Positions 63,496 through 64,000 of a stretch of DNA of 64,000 nt are shown here, piece after piece (within the stretch, counting starts at the first letter, position 1; the number at the start of each line of letters is the position of its first letter). Source of the stretch: Phallusia mammillata (taxonomy: Eukaryota). The notes below the pieces were generated by a model. It had not been told where the DNA came from and did not search any database. It was given only the letters and a program-made list of their open reading frames with translations. The translations under genes and the position numbers were made by a program. Location: positions 13,392,001 through 13,456,000 of the forward strand of contig OZ281494.1 in NCBI GenBank assembly GCA_965637545.1, written 5' to 3'.

Positions 63496-64000
63496 AAAAG
63501 AAAAAAAGGTCATCTAACCGTTTGAAAAGTCACGATTAACCTTTATAATAAAAACCTGAATAAAAAGTTAAGAAAACTGGGATAAAACATCCGCTATTCC
63601 TAATATGTCATGCAGGAATAAGCAACCACAAGAACTACTCAGTTTTAGTTTTGAATGCTAACAAAGAAAAAATAGCTTTGTGACTGTGAAGTTAAATGCC
63701 TTACTGAAATTTAGGCAATATTAAATGCAGAACAAAAAATTGCACAAGCAACAGGAATTTTGAAATATCTTAGTGATGACAATTTCAAGTTTTGGTTTCT
63801 TAACACACCATGTGGACAGTATTTGCAGCCAAGTGCAATCTTGTGTATTGATATAATGGACATGTACTGTTTCTCTAAACAGTAGCTGCTAAATTGCTTC
63901 ACAGGAAATGTTTCTCAAGAATGAACATTCTACAGGGGAGATAGTAGTTACCACCAAGCATATCCTGTTGTTAGAAAAGTTACTGAAACTTTTAAAAAGA

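Overview
AT-rich, intron-containing animal DNA, probably an ascidian or similar marine invertebrate (inference from composition, compact introns and the hAT-MITE landscape). All protein-coding genes I could reconstruct by hand lie on the minus strand. (1) 1-19 kb: tandem array of four 9-exon type-B carboxylesterases with no signal peptide. One is intact (15360-19058, 548 aa), one runs off the window edge, and two are pseudogenes, one of them with a hAT MITE inside an exon. (2) 19.4-43.6 kb: a 9-exon secreted gene (signal peptide, 2 EGF, fibrinogen C-terminal domain; 344 aa) present as three near-identical ~5.5 kb tandem units plus a diverged fourth copy. The repeat junction cuts through the last exon of that fourth copy. 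The same 8-bp target carries different hAT MITEs in different units; one of them hosts a Penelope-like GIY-YIG fragment with a minimal hammerhead ribozyme and a 133-bp fold-back. An intron of the fourth copy holds a nest of a SPIN/Charlie-like deletion derivative, a hAT MITE and a gag-only LTR element. (3) 44.5-60.4 kb: an apparently intact ~3280-aa adhesion GPCR (CUB, a single 6.7-kb mucin-repeat exon, an R3-phosphatase-like FN3 module, GAIN/GPS, 7TM). (4) ~62.4 kb: the terminal exon of a second family-2 GPCR. No rRNA, tRNA or CRISPR seen. Exon coordinates and family assignments were derived by eye, without database searches.
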